DNA of 64,000 nt, from contig NC_043000.1 of assembly GCF_006345805.1 (NCBI RefSeq), positions 36,456,001-36,520,000 on the forward strand. Direction: 5' to 3'. Each line of letters starts with the position of its first letter. Positions within the stretch are counted from its first letter, which is position 1. Source of the stretch: Octopus sinensis (Eukaryota). The translations under genes and the position numbers were made by a program. This document shows positions 51,894 to 64,000 of the stretch, in pieces. The notes under the pieces were generated by a model. The model had not been told where the DNA came from and made no database searches. It saw nothing but the letters and a program-made list of their open reading frames with translations.

Positions 51894-52333
51894 AAGGCGT
51901 CGAGCTTGCAGAATTATTAGCACACCAGGCGAAATACTTAGCGGTGTTTCGTCTTTCTTTACGTTCTGAGTTCAAATTAGTCTGAGGTCGACTTTCCCTT
52001 TCACTCTTTCGGGGTCGATAAATTAAGTACCAGTTGCGTACTGGGGTCGATGTAATCAACTGCCTCACCTCCCCCAAAATTTCAAGCCTTGTGCCTATAG
52101 TAGAAAGGGTTATTATTAATATTAAGGCGGCGAGTTAGCAGAACCGTTAGCACACCGGGCGAAATGCTTAGCGATATTTCGCCCGTCGCTACATTCTGCG
52201 TTCAAATTCCTCCGAGACTTTGTCTTTCATCCTTTTGCGGTCGATAAATTAAGTACCAGTGGAACACTGGTGGTCGATATAATTGACTCACCTCCTTTCC
52301 TAACATCGCTGCCCTTGTGGCAAAATTTGAAAC

Positions 52334-52366
<33 letters not shown>

Positions 52367-52790
52367 CATCATAATTATTATTATTACTACGGCGGTGAGC
52401 TAGCAGAATCGTTAACACGCGCCGAGCAAAATGCTTAGCGGCAGTTCGTCGGTTTTCATGTCCTGAGTTCAAATTCGACCGCGGTCTTCCTTTCATCGTT
52501 TCGGGGTGATAAAAATTGTACCAGCTGAACACTGATGTCGATATGTACTGACTGAATCCCTTCCCCGAACTTGCTGGCGCTGTGCCAAAATTTGAAATAA
52601 TATTATCATTAAGGCGCGGAACGGCATTTCGTCGTCCTCTGCTTTCTGACTTCAAATTACGCTATGGTCGACGTTGCCTCTATTTCGTTCGGGTTCTATA
52701 TGGTAAGCCCCAGTTAAGCCCTGCAGTCGTTGTAATTGTCTTCCTCCATCTCTCGAAATTGCTGGCCTTGTATCCTAGGAATATATTCTA
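51894..52790 (+). mobile_element. Cluster of four SINE family B copies separated by (TTA)n
   Basis: Heads near 51894, 52124, 52390 and 52612, all in the same orientation. Confidence 0.8.
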
Positions 52791-52794
52791 TAGA

Positions 52795-53375
52795 TGACAG
52801 ATTAAACAACTAGACATCTTCTACATAGGTTGTCTGAGGATAATCTGCGGTTATTCACTAAAAGACAGAGTTTCTAATGACGATCTGTTTAGCAAGTGTA
52901 AGATTGGTGAAATCGAGAGTCTTCTTATGTGATCACAATTACACTGGGCTGGCTATGTCGTCAGAATGAGTGAGGAAAGAAATCCCAAAGTCCTCATGTA
53001 CAGCCAGCTTGATGGTTGGCATACTAAATTTGGTTGACCATGGCTCAGATATAAGGACAAGCTGAAGAGTAACCTCTTGGTAATAAAGACAGCTCAAAAC
53101 CTTTCGGTGAACAGCCTTGTGATGAACAAAATCGAAACCCTGGTGTCAAAATGGTATTAAAATCTTTGTTGCAACCAGCATTAACAGGCTTTGGGGTGCA
53201 AAGCAAAGGAGAAAATCGGCTGTAAATATACCACCTGCACTGTCCTGTAATCCTCATACTTGCAACATCTGTGGACTTATTTGCAAAACGTTGGTGGGAC
53301 TTAAATGTTACATTCGACATAAGTATTATGGCTGACAAAGAAAGAGTAGGTTGTCGGCAGCGCATACGTGAAAAC
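52795..53375 (+). mobile_element. RTE LINE 3' relic
   Basis: LDIFYIGCLRIICG..LKDRVSN, QLHWAGYVVRMSEERNPKVLMYSQL, RYKDKLKSNL and a terminal C2H2 remnant. Confidence 0.85.
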
Positions 53376-53463
53376 AGATGAAAGAGTTCATTATGTGACC
53401 AAGTGTGTACCGTTGGCGATTTTTTCCTCCGTCTTCCCTTCCTTGGATCTTTCCTTTTACTAT

Positions 53464-53498
53464 GTTTCTGACGAAGAGCTCCGCTCGAAACGTTAAAC
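53464..53498 (+). ncRNA. Minimal type I hammerhead ribozyme, intact core (35 nt)
   Basis: GTTT-CTGACGA-A-GAGC-tcc-GCTC-GAAA-CG-TT-AAAC. Confidence 0.7.
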
Positions 53499-54146
53499 CC
53501 TCCTTCTTTCCTTCTTTCCTTGTATTAGTACAGAACAACCAAACTCAATATCTGAAATCGGAATTCAAATAGTTCATAAAACCATTTGTATTGTATTTTC
53601 ATATACAAAACCTGTCACCAATTAAGAAATTATATTTCGCTATTTCGAATCAGAATGTTACAAATACTCACAGTTTTCTTGCTTTTTTCTTTCTTTCTTT
53701 CTTTCTTTCTTTTCGTTCCTGAAATTAGTGTTTTGTTCTGCTATAATTCACTACCAAATGGCGTTGCTAGTATACTAAGACTAACTTCAAGACAGATCTG
53801 TTCGGCAGATTGTTTATTATTATAGAGAAACGATTGAGCACAGGATGTGTCACCAATTTATGGCATTCATTGCCACGGAATCGCAACGGTCAGCGAAAGA
53901 ATTCATAAGTTTTCATCAACTGCCACAATAATGAATAACTGGAAAATTGTGTTCTGCTGAACAAATGTAAATATTGGTATCGATCGGAATCACGAATGTG
54001 ATTGCATTCATCTAATCTCAAGTGTGTGTGTGCGTGGGCGCGCATTCCCCTATCTATCTATCTATATATATATATATATATATATACACAAAATCCAACC
54101 TCTGTGCATATTATTATATATGCGTGCATGCGTGCATGGATGGATG

Positions 54147-54263
<117 letters not shown>

Positions 54264-55875
54264 GTTTGCGTGTGTATGTATGATTCTATGCATATACTTA
54301 TATTATCACCAATCTGAACATATATATATATATATATTTGTGTGTGTTTGTGTGTGTGTGTGTACACAAACACATACATATGTATATTTAGTGATTGTTG
54401 GTTTCTCTAAATATTGATTTCTCACACTGGCAAAAGGCCGCCGCCGATTATGGATGCAGGCAGAGTCGATCATAACGACCCCATCAGCTGATTCGTACTT
54501 CGTTTTATCGACCTCAGATTCATGAAATTCAAAGGCAGAGACGAGCGCGCTGGGATTTGAAATTAGAACAAACAAAGGGAGACAACTAAATACCGGAACG
54601 TATTCTATTGAAGCGATCTACTGATTGCTGCATTTATCAGTCAACATTCCAAACACTGCCAGCAAAATGTCATAGAAATATTATGTCGGCCATATAAATA
54701 TTTACACAATTTGGGTTATTGATTGTTCTAAAGATTGACTCAAAGACAAGCATCCATACATAAAGAGTTAGATGCCTGTAGTGAGCCAAGTTCAAACCCA
54801 CTGATATAGGCTATTGACCTTGGAATCATAAAAAAAATAATTAATTTTATGTTACAGGTACCCTTTAAGAAATTTGCATTGAAACCACGTGGTTTCGTGT
54901 TCGGTCCTAGTGCGCATGCCCTGGACTGACCAAGTTTTTTTTAGTGAATTTGGTTTGTGGAAATTCTGTAGAAACCTGCTGCATATGCATATATGTTTAT
55001 ACTTGCAAGTTATCAATTCAAATATGTTTGACACATATTCAAAGCCGCGAGAAAGCCATTTACTGTATTTTGTCAGGGATAAATATGTCGCTGTAGACAA
55101 ATTGCAACCCTTCTCACTGCCCAGACTGTTGGATTCATGCATTTCGGAGTGGTTATCTACTCTTCAGCAACAGAGACCGGAAAGACAGGCACTGCGAAGT
55201 GATAGGAGAGATAAGTCCCTCTTGTAATGATATTCCTGTCGTAATTCAATAACTGGTGGCGATGTAATTTTACTTTATTTTCTGATTAGATATTTATAGT
55301 TTAAAACATAAATGCAATTGTGAACTGGCTGTCTGATGATGTTCTTTTCTCTACCGAGGTGTTCCGAGTTCCATCCCAATCTCCGGCATTTTGGACAAAT
55401 GCCTTTTCTTCACTAATGTCTTGTAAGTTGAATATTTTGGGCAAAAACTATCAGAAAGCCCGTCTCACATGCACACATACAAATATATACTCATGCACAA
55501 ACACGAAGATATATCTATATATAAATTATAAAAAGAGAAAAGAAATGTGTTCTAGAACAGTCTGTGGGAATCGAACCTCATTTCTGTTGTGTGATCTATA
55601 ACAGGGTGATATCACAATATCAACTGTCTTAAGCTAACAAGCAATTGTTCTTACTCAGCGATCATTGAAAGTGAAAGTAAATCCACTCACAAATGACGGC
55701 ATTACACATACACACACAAACGTACAAACACACTCACGCACGCTCACAAAGACACACGCACACAAACGCAAACATGCACATGCGCACGCACACACTCACA
55801 TATATATGTACGGCTGCTTAAATATAAGTATATGGGCATATACACCTGCACATATCTGTCTATGTACCTACCTCC

Positions 55876-55952
<77 letters not shown>

Positions 55953-56077
55953 TGTGTGTGTGTATATATATATATTTATATATTTATGAATATATATACA
56001 CATATATTTATACGTATCTATATATATATTCATATATATATATATGTATATTCATATATATATATAATATATATATA

Positions 56078-56111
<34 letters not shown>

Positions 56112-56471
56112 TCATATACTCATATATATATTCATATAATATATATATAAACCCATATGTCTCGATATAGGCTTAGAACGCAGATACAGCTAGCGGCCGG
56201 TAAGCCGAAGTTTTCAAATAAAAATCTGTTTTAATATAAGCGTTCCGCACGAGTTGCAGATTGAATCCTTCAAAATGCTTGCCTTTATCGGTGCAATGAA
56301 CCAAACATTTTGCCTTTAGAATCCAGTTGGAAACGACTCCGTTCTTCAGAAAATGCGACACGACATAAATAAATATCGAATGTTGTAAAACGGAAAGTGA
56401 TCGCAAACAGACATGACATAGATATCAGCCAATGGCAAATAAGCTATACTTATTTAACTTTAAAAAAAACA

Positions 56472-57264
56472 TGCACACACACAAACATACATATACACAT
56501 AGATATGTTTTGTATATGTGTGTTTATACACACAAGTGGAGGCGCAATGGTCCAGTGGTTAGGGCAGCGGACTCGCGGTCGTAGGATCGCGGTTTCGATT
56601 CCCAGACCGGGCGTTGTGAGTGTTTATTGAGCGAAAACACCTAAGGCTCCACGATGCTCCGGCAGGGATGGTGGTGATCCCTGCTGTACTCTTTCACCGC
56701 AACTTTCTCTCACTCTTACTTCCTGTTTCTGTTGTACCTGTATTTCAAAGGGCCGGCCTTGTCACTCTCTGTGTCACGCTGAATATCCCCGAGAACTACG
56801 TTAAGGGTACACGTGTCTGTGGAGTGCTCAGCCACTTACACGTTAATTTCACGAGTAGGCTGTTCCGTTGATCGGATCAACCGGAACCCTCATCGTCGTA
56901 ACCGACGGAGTGCTTCCATACACACAAACACTTACACACACACACACACACACACATACACACACACAAATATATATATATATACATATATTTATATACA
57001 TATACGATTATATACATATATAACTTCTAAATATGTAAGACGTATAGAAGTCATATAGAAAGACCTGTTCCAACGACTGTCGGAACATGCGAAGTGTCAG
57101 AAGGAAATTATATGAATTTCGAACCTGCAACTAGTTCTGTAAATCACTGGTAGGATTCAAGCGCCATTATTGTTTTCACGACGTATATTGCTGTCATAGA
57201 TTTTATTTAGTCAACCATTGTCATAAACGTTTAACGAGTACACAGTCATCACACACACACACAC
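56472..57264 (+). repeat. Dispersed duplication copy 1 (contains SINE C)
   Basis: Matches 61635-62020 apart from the SINE and its TSD. Confidence 0.9.
56536..56917 (+). mobile_element. SINE family C, full length with 10-bp TSD
   Basis: A box TGGTCCAGTGG, B box GTTTCGATTCC; ATACACACAA at 56526-56535 and 56918-56927. Confidence 0.95.
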
Positions 57265-57393
57265 AATAAATGAAAATATGTATAAAGACACGACATAACG
57301 TATACTGTAAAACCGAACGGGAGACAAACGCAAAATCCATAATTCTTCATCAGTTATTGACCAATGGTATTGTTTAGATTTGCACGCTTGACG

Positions 57394-57465
<72 letters not shown>

Positions 57466-57731
57466 TGTGTGTGCGTGCATGCGTGTATTTGCCTATCTGT
57501 GTTTCTCCTCCCACCATCGCTTGACAACCGATGTTTGTGTGTTTACATCCCCGTAAGCTAGCGGTTCGAGAAAATAGACCTATAGAATAAGTACTAGGCT
57601 TACAAAGAGTAAGTCCTGGGGCCGATTTGTTCGACTAAAGGCGTTGCTCCAGCATGGTCGCAGTGAAATCACTGAAACAAGTAATAGAATATACTAAATG
57701 GAACAGTACTAAAGTATATGAGTAAGATATA

Positions 57732-57940
57732 TCATTTTCTACTCTCGGCACAAGGCCCAAAATTTCGGGGAGGGGACCAGTCAATTAGATCGACCCCAGT
57801 ATGCAACTGGTACTGAATTTATTGAATTTGAAAGGATTAAAGGCAAAGTCGACTTTGGCGGAATTCGAACTGAGTAGGTAAAGACAGACGACTAAGCATT
57901 TCGCCCGCTGTGCAAACGTTTCTGCCAGCTCGCCGCCTTA
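57732..57940 (-). mobile_element. SINE family B
   Basis: Reverse complement of the family B consensus. Confidence 0.85.
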
Positions 57941-58029
57941 ATATATTAGTAATATATATTGCAGAGTGCATACATTGGCTGGTCATGTAGAGAAGTTGGT
58001 ACTATTAGCGGTAGTGTTCACGGCAGGGA

Positions 58030-59075
58030 AATGGTTGTGAAGAAAGCAGTGGTCATAGCAACACTCGTGTGCGCATGTGAAATCTAGACAGCGGGCTGTC
58101 GCCACCTGAAAACATCTTTTACTCTCTTTTATTCTTTTACTTGTTTCAGTTATTTGACTGCGGCCATGCTGGAGCACCGCCTTTAGTCGAGCAAGTCGAC
58201 CCCGGGACTTATACGTTGTAAGCCCAGTACTTATTCTATCAGTCTCTTTTGCCGAACCGCTAGGTGACGGGGACGTAAACACACCAGCATCGGTTGTCAA
58301 GCAATGCTACGGGGACAAAGACAGACACACAAACACACACACACATACATATATCTATATACATATATACGACAGGCTTCTTTCAGTTTCCGTCTACCAA
58401 ATCCACTCACAAGGCATTGGTCGGCCCGGGGCTATAGCAGAAGACACTTGCCCAAGATGCCACGCACTGGGACTGAACCCGGAACCATGTGGTTGGTTAG
58501 CAAGCTACTTACCACATAGCCACTCCTGCGCCTAAAATTTCAACAAAGATGTCTATAAAGTATCCTGAACGTCGACTGGGAAGACAGGACAAAGATCAGC
58601 GTCTTGAAAGCAGAGAAAAGAACAAGTATCGAGGCTCACATCACCAAAAGTCAACTGAGACGAGGTAGGCATGGTGTTGGAATGTCTGATGACCGATTAC
58701 CAAAATAAATCTTCTGTTCTCGACTGAAAGAAAGGGAAGGAAATAAAGGAGGAGAGAAAAAAATGTGACATCGACTTCAACAACTGGGCAGAAAGTTCAA
58801 AAGATCGAAACTTGTGGAGATCTAATCTCTGTGAAGGAACATTCGAGAGAAACGAATGTGAAGAACTGGAAGGAAAGCGAAGACGCAACTCCAGCCCAGA
58901 TCAGTTCTCCTCCAAGGAACAACTTGCCCAACTTGTAGAAGATCCTGCAAAGCCCCCTCGAATGGGACGCATCAGCCACCTTTTAGAGCATCAACAACCC
59001 AACATAGACCAGAACTAAAACCATCATCCTCTGAAGAAAGAGGAATGGCTACGACAGCGACGACGACGATGACAT
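58030..59075 (+). mobile_element. RTE LINE 3' relic interrupted by SINE A
   Basis: KAVVIATLVCACEI*T..CRHLK, then the SINE, then FQQRCL*SILNVDWEDRT, MSDDRLPK*IF and a (GAC)n tail. Confidence 0.8.
58115..58532 (-). mobile_element. SINE family A, near consensus
   Basis: Full-length copy. Confidence 0.92.
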
Positions 59076-59410
59076 TAGCTGGATAGATTGACATATATGG
59101 AAACCGGCAGTCTACTCTGTTTCACGTTTACCCGGATTGTCAACTCGGATATAATACGGGTGTGTGGTAAGTAATTTGTTTCCCAGCCGCAGGATTACGG
59201 GTTTAGTCACACTGCATGCTACCTTGAGTAAGTCCCTTCAACTATACTCTCTATAGCCACAGGCTGACCAAGGCGTTGTGTGCGGATTTGATTGAGGGAA
59301 ACTGTAAGAGACCCGACGAAAGAGTGCCAGACTTTTAACAAAAGCAACGGTGTCGATTCGTTAGAGTAATCCCTTGAAGGTGCTGCCCGACATGGCTGGA
59401 GTCTAATGAC

Positions 59411-59478
<68 letters not shown>

Positions 59479-59759
59479 GAGAGAGAGGGAGAGGGAGAGA
59501 GAGAGAGAGAGCAAAATGTATGTACGCCGCGAATTTATACGAAAGCTGGGACGGAAAAAATGCTGATTTCTTCCAAGGAATCTAATGCTCTTAGCTTAGT
59601 TTTCTCTTGGGCTGGGCCAGATTGGAGCAATCTAGGGTATAACCAGCCGAAATTGCAAAGATAATCTGGAACTCAACTGAGGAATGAAAACTCCCTTTTT
59701 TGTATCACATAACTGCCTGGATGTTTTGCGTTCTTGTCCCATTTTGTATTTTTTATAAG

Positions 59760-59804
<45 letters not shown>

Positions 59805-59951
59805 TACATAGATACATAGATAGATATACATGTGTGTCTATTTAATCATATGCTTATATATGAATATATATATGTATACATATATATACATATATATATA
59901 TATGTATGTATGTATATATATATCTATATGTATATGTATATACACACACAC

Positions 59952-59991
<40 letters not shown>

Positions 59992-60109
59992 TATATATAT
60001 AATATATATATATAGTTGGAATTTAAAAGAAACTACAACAAAAGACGAAGACAAGTGTGTAAACAACAAGCAGGTGTATCAGTTTAACGCTCGGAAAGGT
60101 TAGAAAGTC

Positions 60110-60144
60110 TTTTACGTTTCGAGCCTATGCTCTTCAACAGAAAG
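60110..60144 (-). ncRNA. Minimal hammerhead-like motif (A6U variant)
   Basis: CTTT-CTGTTGA-A-GAGC-atag-GCTC-GAAA-CG-TA-AAA. Confidence 0.45.
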
Positions 60145-60207
60145 GAACACGAGCAACTAAACAGAGAGAGAATAAAAAAAGCTTTAATGGCTAGCGGTCG
60201 GTCATAA

Positions 60208-60251
<44 letters not shown>

Positions 60252-60670
60252 ACACACACACACGTCTCTAAGTAGATTTTTTCTCGCCCCTTATAAAACA
60301 TCCAATATTCCTTAAATAGTCAGAACTTTATTCTCGGTCACTAAGAACATCTATACACCCTCACCCACATGATTGACCGATGCCTGACCTGTAGAATTCT
60401 TCAGCCACCGGTTCTCAGCAAACACTGATAAACAGTTTCGCCATGGGCTCTTAGGAGCATAGTTCGATTTGGTTTTTGCTCCGCCTCTGTTCTGTTTTTG
60501 TTTCTCTAACGGATTTCCTTTTTTCTTCCTGAAGAGAAAGACACAATATGGTCCCATTATTCAATCGGATTTTGGTAATTTGTGCCTTTCGAAACACGTG
60601 TAGAATGAAATAAAACGATTTCTGTTCAATCTGCGTTCAGCTCCATTTCCTCAATTCACCAATAATGTTT

Positions 60671-60704
<34 letters not shown>

Positions 60705-60718
60705 ATATAATATATATA

Positions 60719-60749
<31 letters not shown>

Positions 60750-60751
<2 letters not shown>

Positions 60752-61636
60752 GTGCGATGGGTAAGTTGTCGTCATTTTATAATTTTCTTTCGTGCATTGT
60801 TTGTTTTTGATTTTGTCCACTACACAGTAAAGTATGGTCAGTTAGGCACTGTGAGAAAAAACAGCACCATGACTCAATTCACTCTACCTCTAGCAGAAGG
60901 TTGGAAGCGTTATGCTGTACCGCTTGGCATTCTTGCCGGAAGCTCCAATACGAAGGGAGGGTGAACACAGAGAAGAACCGTTGGCTTACCGTGTGCCCAA
61001 AACATGTACCGAGAGTAATAAAAAATCAAACATCTAGTCAACATGAGGGTGTTTTGGAGTGATCTGTCGAGTTTAGTCTCGTAAATCGATGTCAAAAATC
61101 CACAGCCAATTATGGTTCGCGTAGCTTTGGCAGCCACTGGAAGGTCTTCCCTCGTTTTTTCCTTCTCTCGGGTGGTAAAATAAGCAGCCAGCTATACATT
61201 AGCGATATTCTGGAAGCTGAATTACTTCCCCAGGCGAATGAGAACTTTCAAAGGCGCACCTTGTAGCCTCTAACAGGACTCGGCACCCACTCCACGCTCG
61301 AAACAGGCACAAAACTGGATTCAGAAAAGCATTCCGTCGATCATAGACAAGGATTTATGACCCTCAATAAGTCCCGATCTCACCCAGTTGGATGTTTCTG
61401 TTTGGTCCATTTTAGAGTCGAGGGTCTCGAACACTCCTCATACTTCGCTCGACGCTTTGAACACAAAACTGCGCCAGGAAGAGGTTTCGATTCCGCAGAG
61501 GTAGTCATATCGAATAAATGTGATAGTAGTATAATTGTTTTTCCTTTACCATTGCAATACTCGGACCCGAAACATAACCATATTTCGATTTGGCAGAACC
61601 GAAATGTTTTGGTTGCCTTAATTTTGGGACACCCTG
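60750..61636 (+). mobile_element. Tc1/mariner superfamily (maT/DD37D-like) transposase relics, probably two fused fragments
   Basis: QDSAPTPRSKQAQNWIQKSIPS..*PSISPDLTQLDVSVWSILESRV..PHTSLDAL, with a TIR-like end ...TTTTGGGACACCCTG at 61636. Confidence 0.75.
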
Positions 61637-62020
61637 CACACACACAAACATACATATACACATAGATATGTTTTGTATATGTGTGTGTATACACACAAAC
61701 ACTTACACACGCACACACATACACACAAATATATATATATACATATATTTATATACATATACGATTATATACATATATAACTTCTAAATATGTAAGACGT
61801 ATAGAAGTCATATAGAAAGACCTGTTCCAACGATTGTCGGAACAAGCGAAGTGTCAGAAGGAAATTATATGAATTTCGAACCTGCAACTAGTTCTGTAGA
61901 TCACTGGTAGGATTCAAGCGCCATTATTGTTTTCACGACGTATATTGCTGTCATAGATTTTATTTAGTCAACCATTGTCATAAACGTTTAACGAGTACAC
62001 AGTCATCACACACACACACA
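61635..62020 (+). repeat. Dispersed duplication copy 2 (empty site for SINE C)
   Basis: A single ATACACACAA where copy 1 has the SINE and two copies of it. Confidence 0.9.
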
Positions 62021-62349
62021 TGTATGTATGTATGTATGCATGTATGTATGGGAATGTATGGCTATGTATGCACATCGTAATACATTCTCATACAAACACA
62101 CATAAATATATAAATGCGTCTTTAAGTTGGCCAAGTTGTTCGATCACTACTGATAAAAAAATGATTTAATTAAACGTAAGGACAAAAAATTGTGGCGATG
62201 AAGAGATTATGTAAACAAAGTGTAATGTTTTATTGAATTACCCACTAAAACATTTAATTCTAGGAAGTCGTATTCTAAATCTTACGAGGCCACCCATTTC
62301 CAGGAGACGGCAAATTTTCGTCGGTGAAATAGATTCAATATTGACTGGT

Positions 62350-62990
62350 CTTTAATGTGGCGAGCTGATATAATCGTTTGCAGCTTTTAGTCTGTCTTTA
62401 CTGCTGAGCTCAAATTGCCTTACTTGCTTTGGGGGCCGATAGAGTATGTAGCGGTTAAATATTGGTGTCAATGTAATCCACTTACCCCTCTCCTAAAATT
62501 GCTGGCCTTGTGCCAAAATTTGAAACCGATATAACAAATTCGCCGAGGTCAGCCTTGCATTTCATCCTTTCGGGATCGATAAACAAAATACCGATTGATT
62601 ACTTGGATTGATGTAATCGACTTAAATCCTCACCACCGCAAATTATTGGCCTTTTGCCTGAACTTGAAACCTCTATTGACTGACACTTTATTTGATGTGT
62701 GACAGAAGAATGAAAGGCCTATTCGATCTTGTTGAAGTTTTAATCTCAGAACATAAAGACTGGCAACAAATACTCACACACAATTCGGCTGCTGACGCAC
62801 TAACGATTCTGCTCAGCCTCGGCTCTGCAAATAACAACTTATTTTACAAGAGGCACAACGCCAGCAATTTTAGGGAGGAGTTTAGTCGATTACTGTTCTG
62901 GATTATTATTTTATTTTTTCGACCTCAAACGAATGAAAGCCAAACTGGTCCTCAGCGTGATTTGAACTCACAACTTCAAGAGCTGAAAGA
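62350..62990. mobile_element. Cluster of degenerate SINE family B copies on both strands
   Basis: Recognisable TTTCATCCTTTCGGGATCGATAAA core and heads. Confidence 0.65.
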
Positions 62991-63039
62991 AAAACGGTTA
63001 AATCTTTTTGCCTTAGAGATAATAATATTAAAACTGCTT

Positions 63040-63225
63040 TAGGTGGATGACCGGCTGCTGAAGGTTCCTGATTTGAGGTACAACCTTCCAACTTCTTTTA
63101 CAAGGCTTAGCAAAACTGAAGGACCGCTGCAGAAAGTGTGTGAATCTGTGTGGAGACTCTGCTGAATAGAATCATAATTAACCGCCCTCCTGTGTTTTCT
63201 TTTACCCAAAGCTAGGAACTCTTTC
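63040..63225 (+). mobile_element. mariner transposase 3' end relic
   Basis: LQGLAKLKDRCRKCVNLCGDSAE* resembles the mariner C-terminal GI.KL..RW.KC....GDYVE motif. Confidence 0.65.
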
Positions 63226-63319
63226 TGAACGGCGTTGATGCGGTTTCGCGTTTCGCTCGTTCTGCACGTTAAACTTTTTCTGTTTTGGCGGCCGTTTTCG
63301 GTCTGTCAGACAGAAGGAA

Positions 63320-64000
63320 ATGGACTATGAGTCTCTAACAGACTTGTCCACGACAGATGAGGAACTGGAACAGGCAATTACAATGAAGCTGATGGAAGAA
63401 AAGGCTGGAGTTTTCGAGTCTTTATCAGACTTGTCTACGTCTGAGAAGGAGCTAGAAATGGCAGCAAGGAAATTGGAAGAGAAGCTGGGTTATACCTATG
63501 CCGGTGTAACCAAGAAGGCGGAAGAGAAAGGGGTCGACATGGCCAAGTTGCCAAGTTACCAGAAATACATGAAAAAGGAAAGCGGTGAGGTGGAACTGGC
63601 ACCGACACCCAGGAGAAAAGAATGGTATGATAAGAGGACCATTATTTACAGGGTGTTCGCAAACGAAAGGAAGAGGGTAGAAGTTGTAACCATGGAGTGG
63701 ATAGAGGAAGCCCTGAGAAGAACTGAGGAGGAAATTAATTTTCTGACTCGAGGATCCAAGTACGGTACCGTAGTTGTGCATTTTAAAAGTGAGTGTGCAG
63801 CGAGGAAGATGGCGGCGAAGGCGGTGAAGTCAGAAAAGGTAACACTTCTACCTACGTATTTGAATAGAAGGATTACACGTGTGAGGGTGGATGGAGTGCC
63901 CCCAAACGTGGAGGCAGAGTGGATTGTGGCGGCTGTGATCAGCGGCCACGAGGACGAAGTGGATATTCTCCATGCCTCGGTTAAGTCCGAGGGCTGGAGA
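63320..64000 (+). CDS. Open ORF (at least 227 aa, runs off the window), probable ORF1 of an L1/Tx1-type LINE
   Basis: ATG at 63320 with no stop to 64000: MDYESLTDLSTTDEELEQA...GTVVVHFKSECAARKMA...ITRVRVDGVPPNVEAEWI. The pattern is RRM-like, as in LINE ORF1, and a CpG-rich leader starts near 63226. Confidence 0.75.
   Translation, partial: MDYESLTDLSTTDEELEQAITMKLMEEKAGVFESLSDLSTSEKELEMAARKLEEKLGYTYAGVTKKAEEKGVDMAKLPSYQKYMKKESGEVELAPTPRRKEWYDKRTIIYRVFANERKRVEVVTMEWIEEALRRTEEEINFLTRGSKYGTVVVHFKSECAARKMAAKAVKSEKVTLLPTYLNRRITRVRVDGVPPNVEAEWIVAAVISGHEDEVDILHASVKSEGWR

Noticed and set aside
56536-56610. tRNA-like sequences (also 44333-44404 and 30660-30733)
   Set aside because: They are SINE heads fused to repeat bodies, and no complete cloverleaf was evident.
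59025-59045. CTGAAGA inside a hairpin
   Set aside because: Part of the RTE 3' UTR stem-loop; no stem II or GAAA-NUH arrangement.
63452-63781. 109-aa minus-strand ORF
   Set aside because: Antisense shadow of the longer open plus-strand frame starting at 63320.

Overview
AT-rich, repeat-dominated eukaryotic DNA with no prokaryotic features. The SINE families, microsatellite load and retroelement content suggest an octopus (coleoid cephalopod) genome; this is an inference. No complete host gene is supported, and nearly all ORFs in the supplied track are microsatellite read-throughs or transposon fragments. The window holds four recurrent tRNA-derived SINE families, fragments of R4/Dong, L1-Tx1, RTE and CR1 LINEs, Penelope-like element (PLE) remnants, a Gmr1-type Gypsy relic with integrase before RT/RNase H, mariner/maT transposase relics, Helitron-like non-autonomous elements and a 100-N gap. 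An open ORF1-like frame, missed by the ORF track, runs off the right edge. The most striking signal is a dispersed set of minimal type I hammerhead ribozyme motifs with palindromic stem III, including core variants U3:A8, U4C and A6U. One sits in the tail of a tRNA-headed SINE, and two sit mirrored in a fold-back with 292-bp arms. All structures were read by eye, and coordinates of degenerate elements are approximate.
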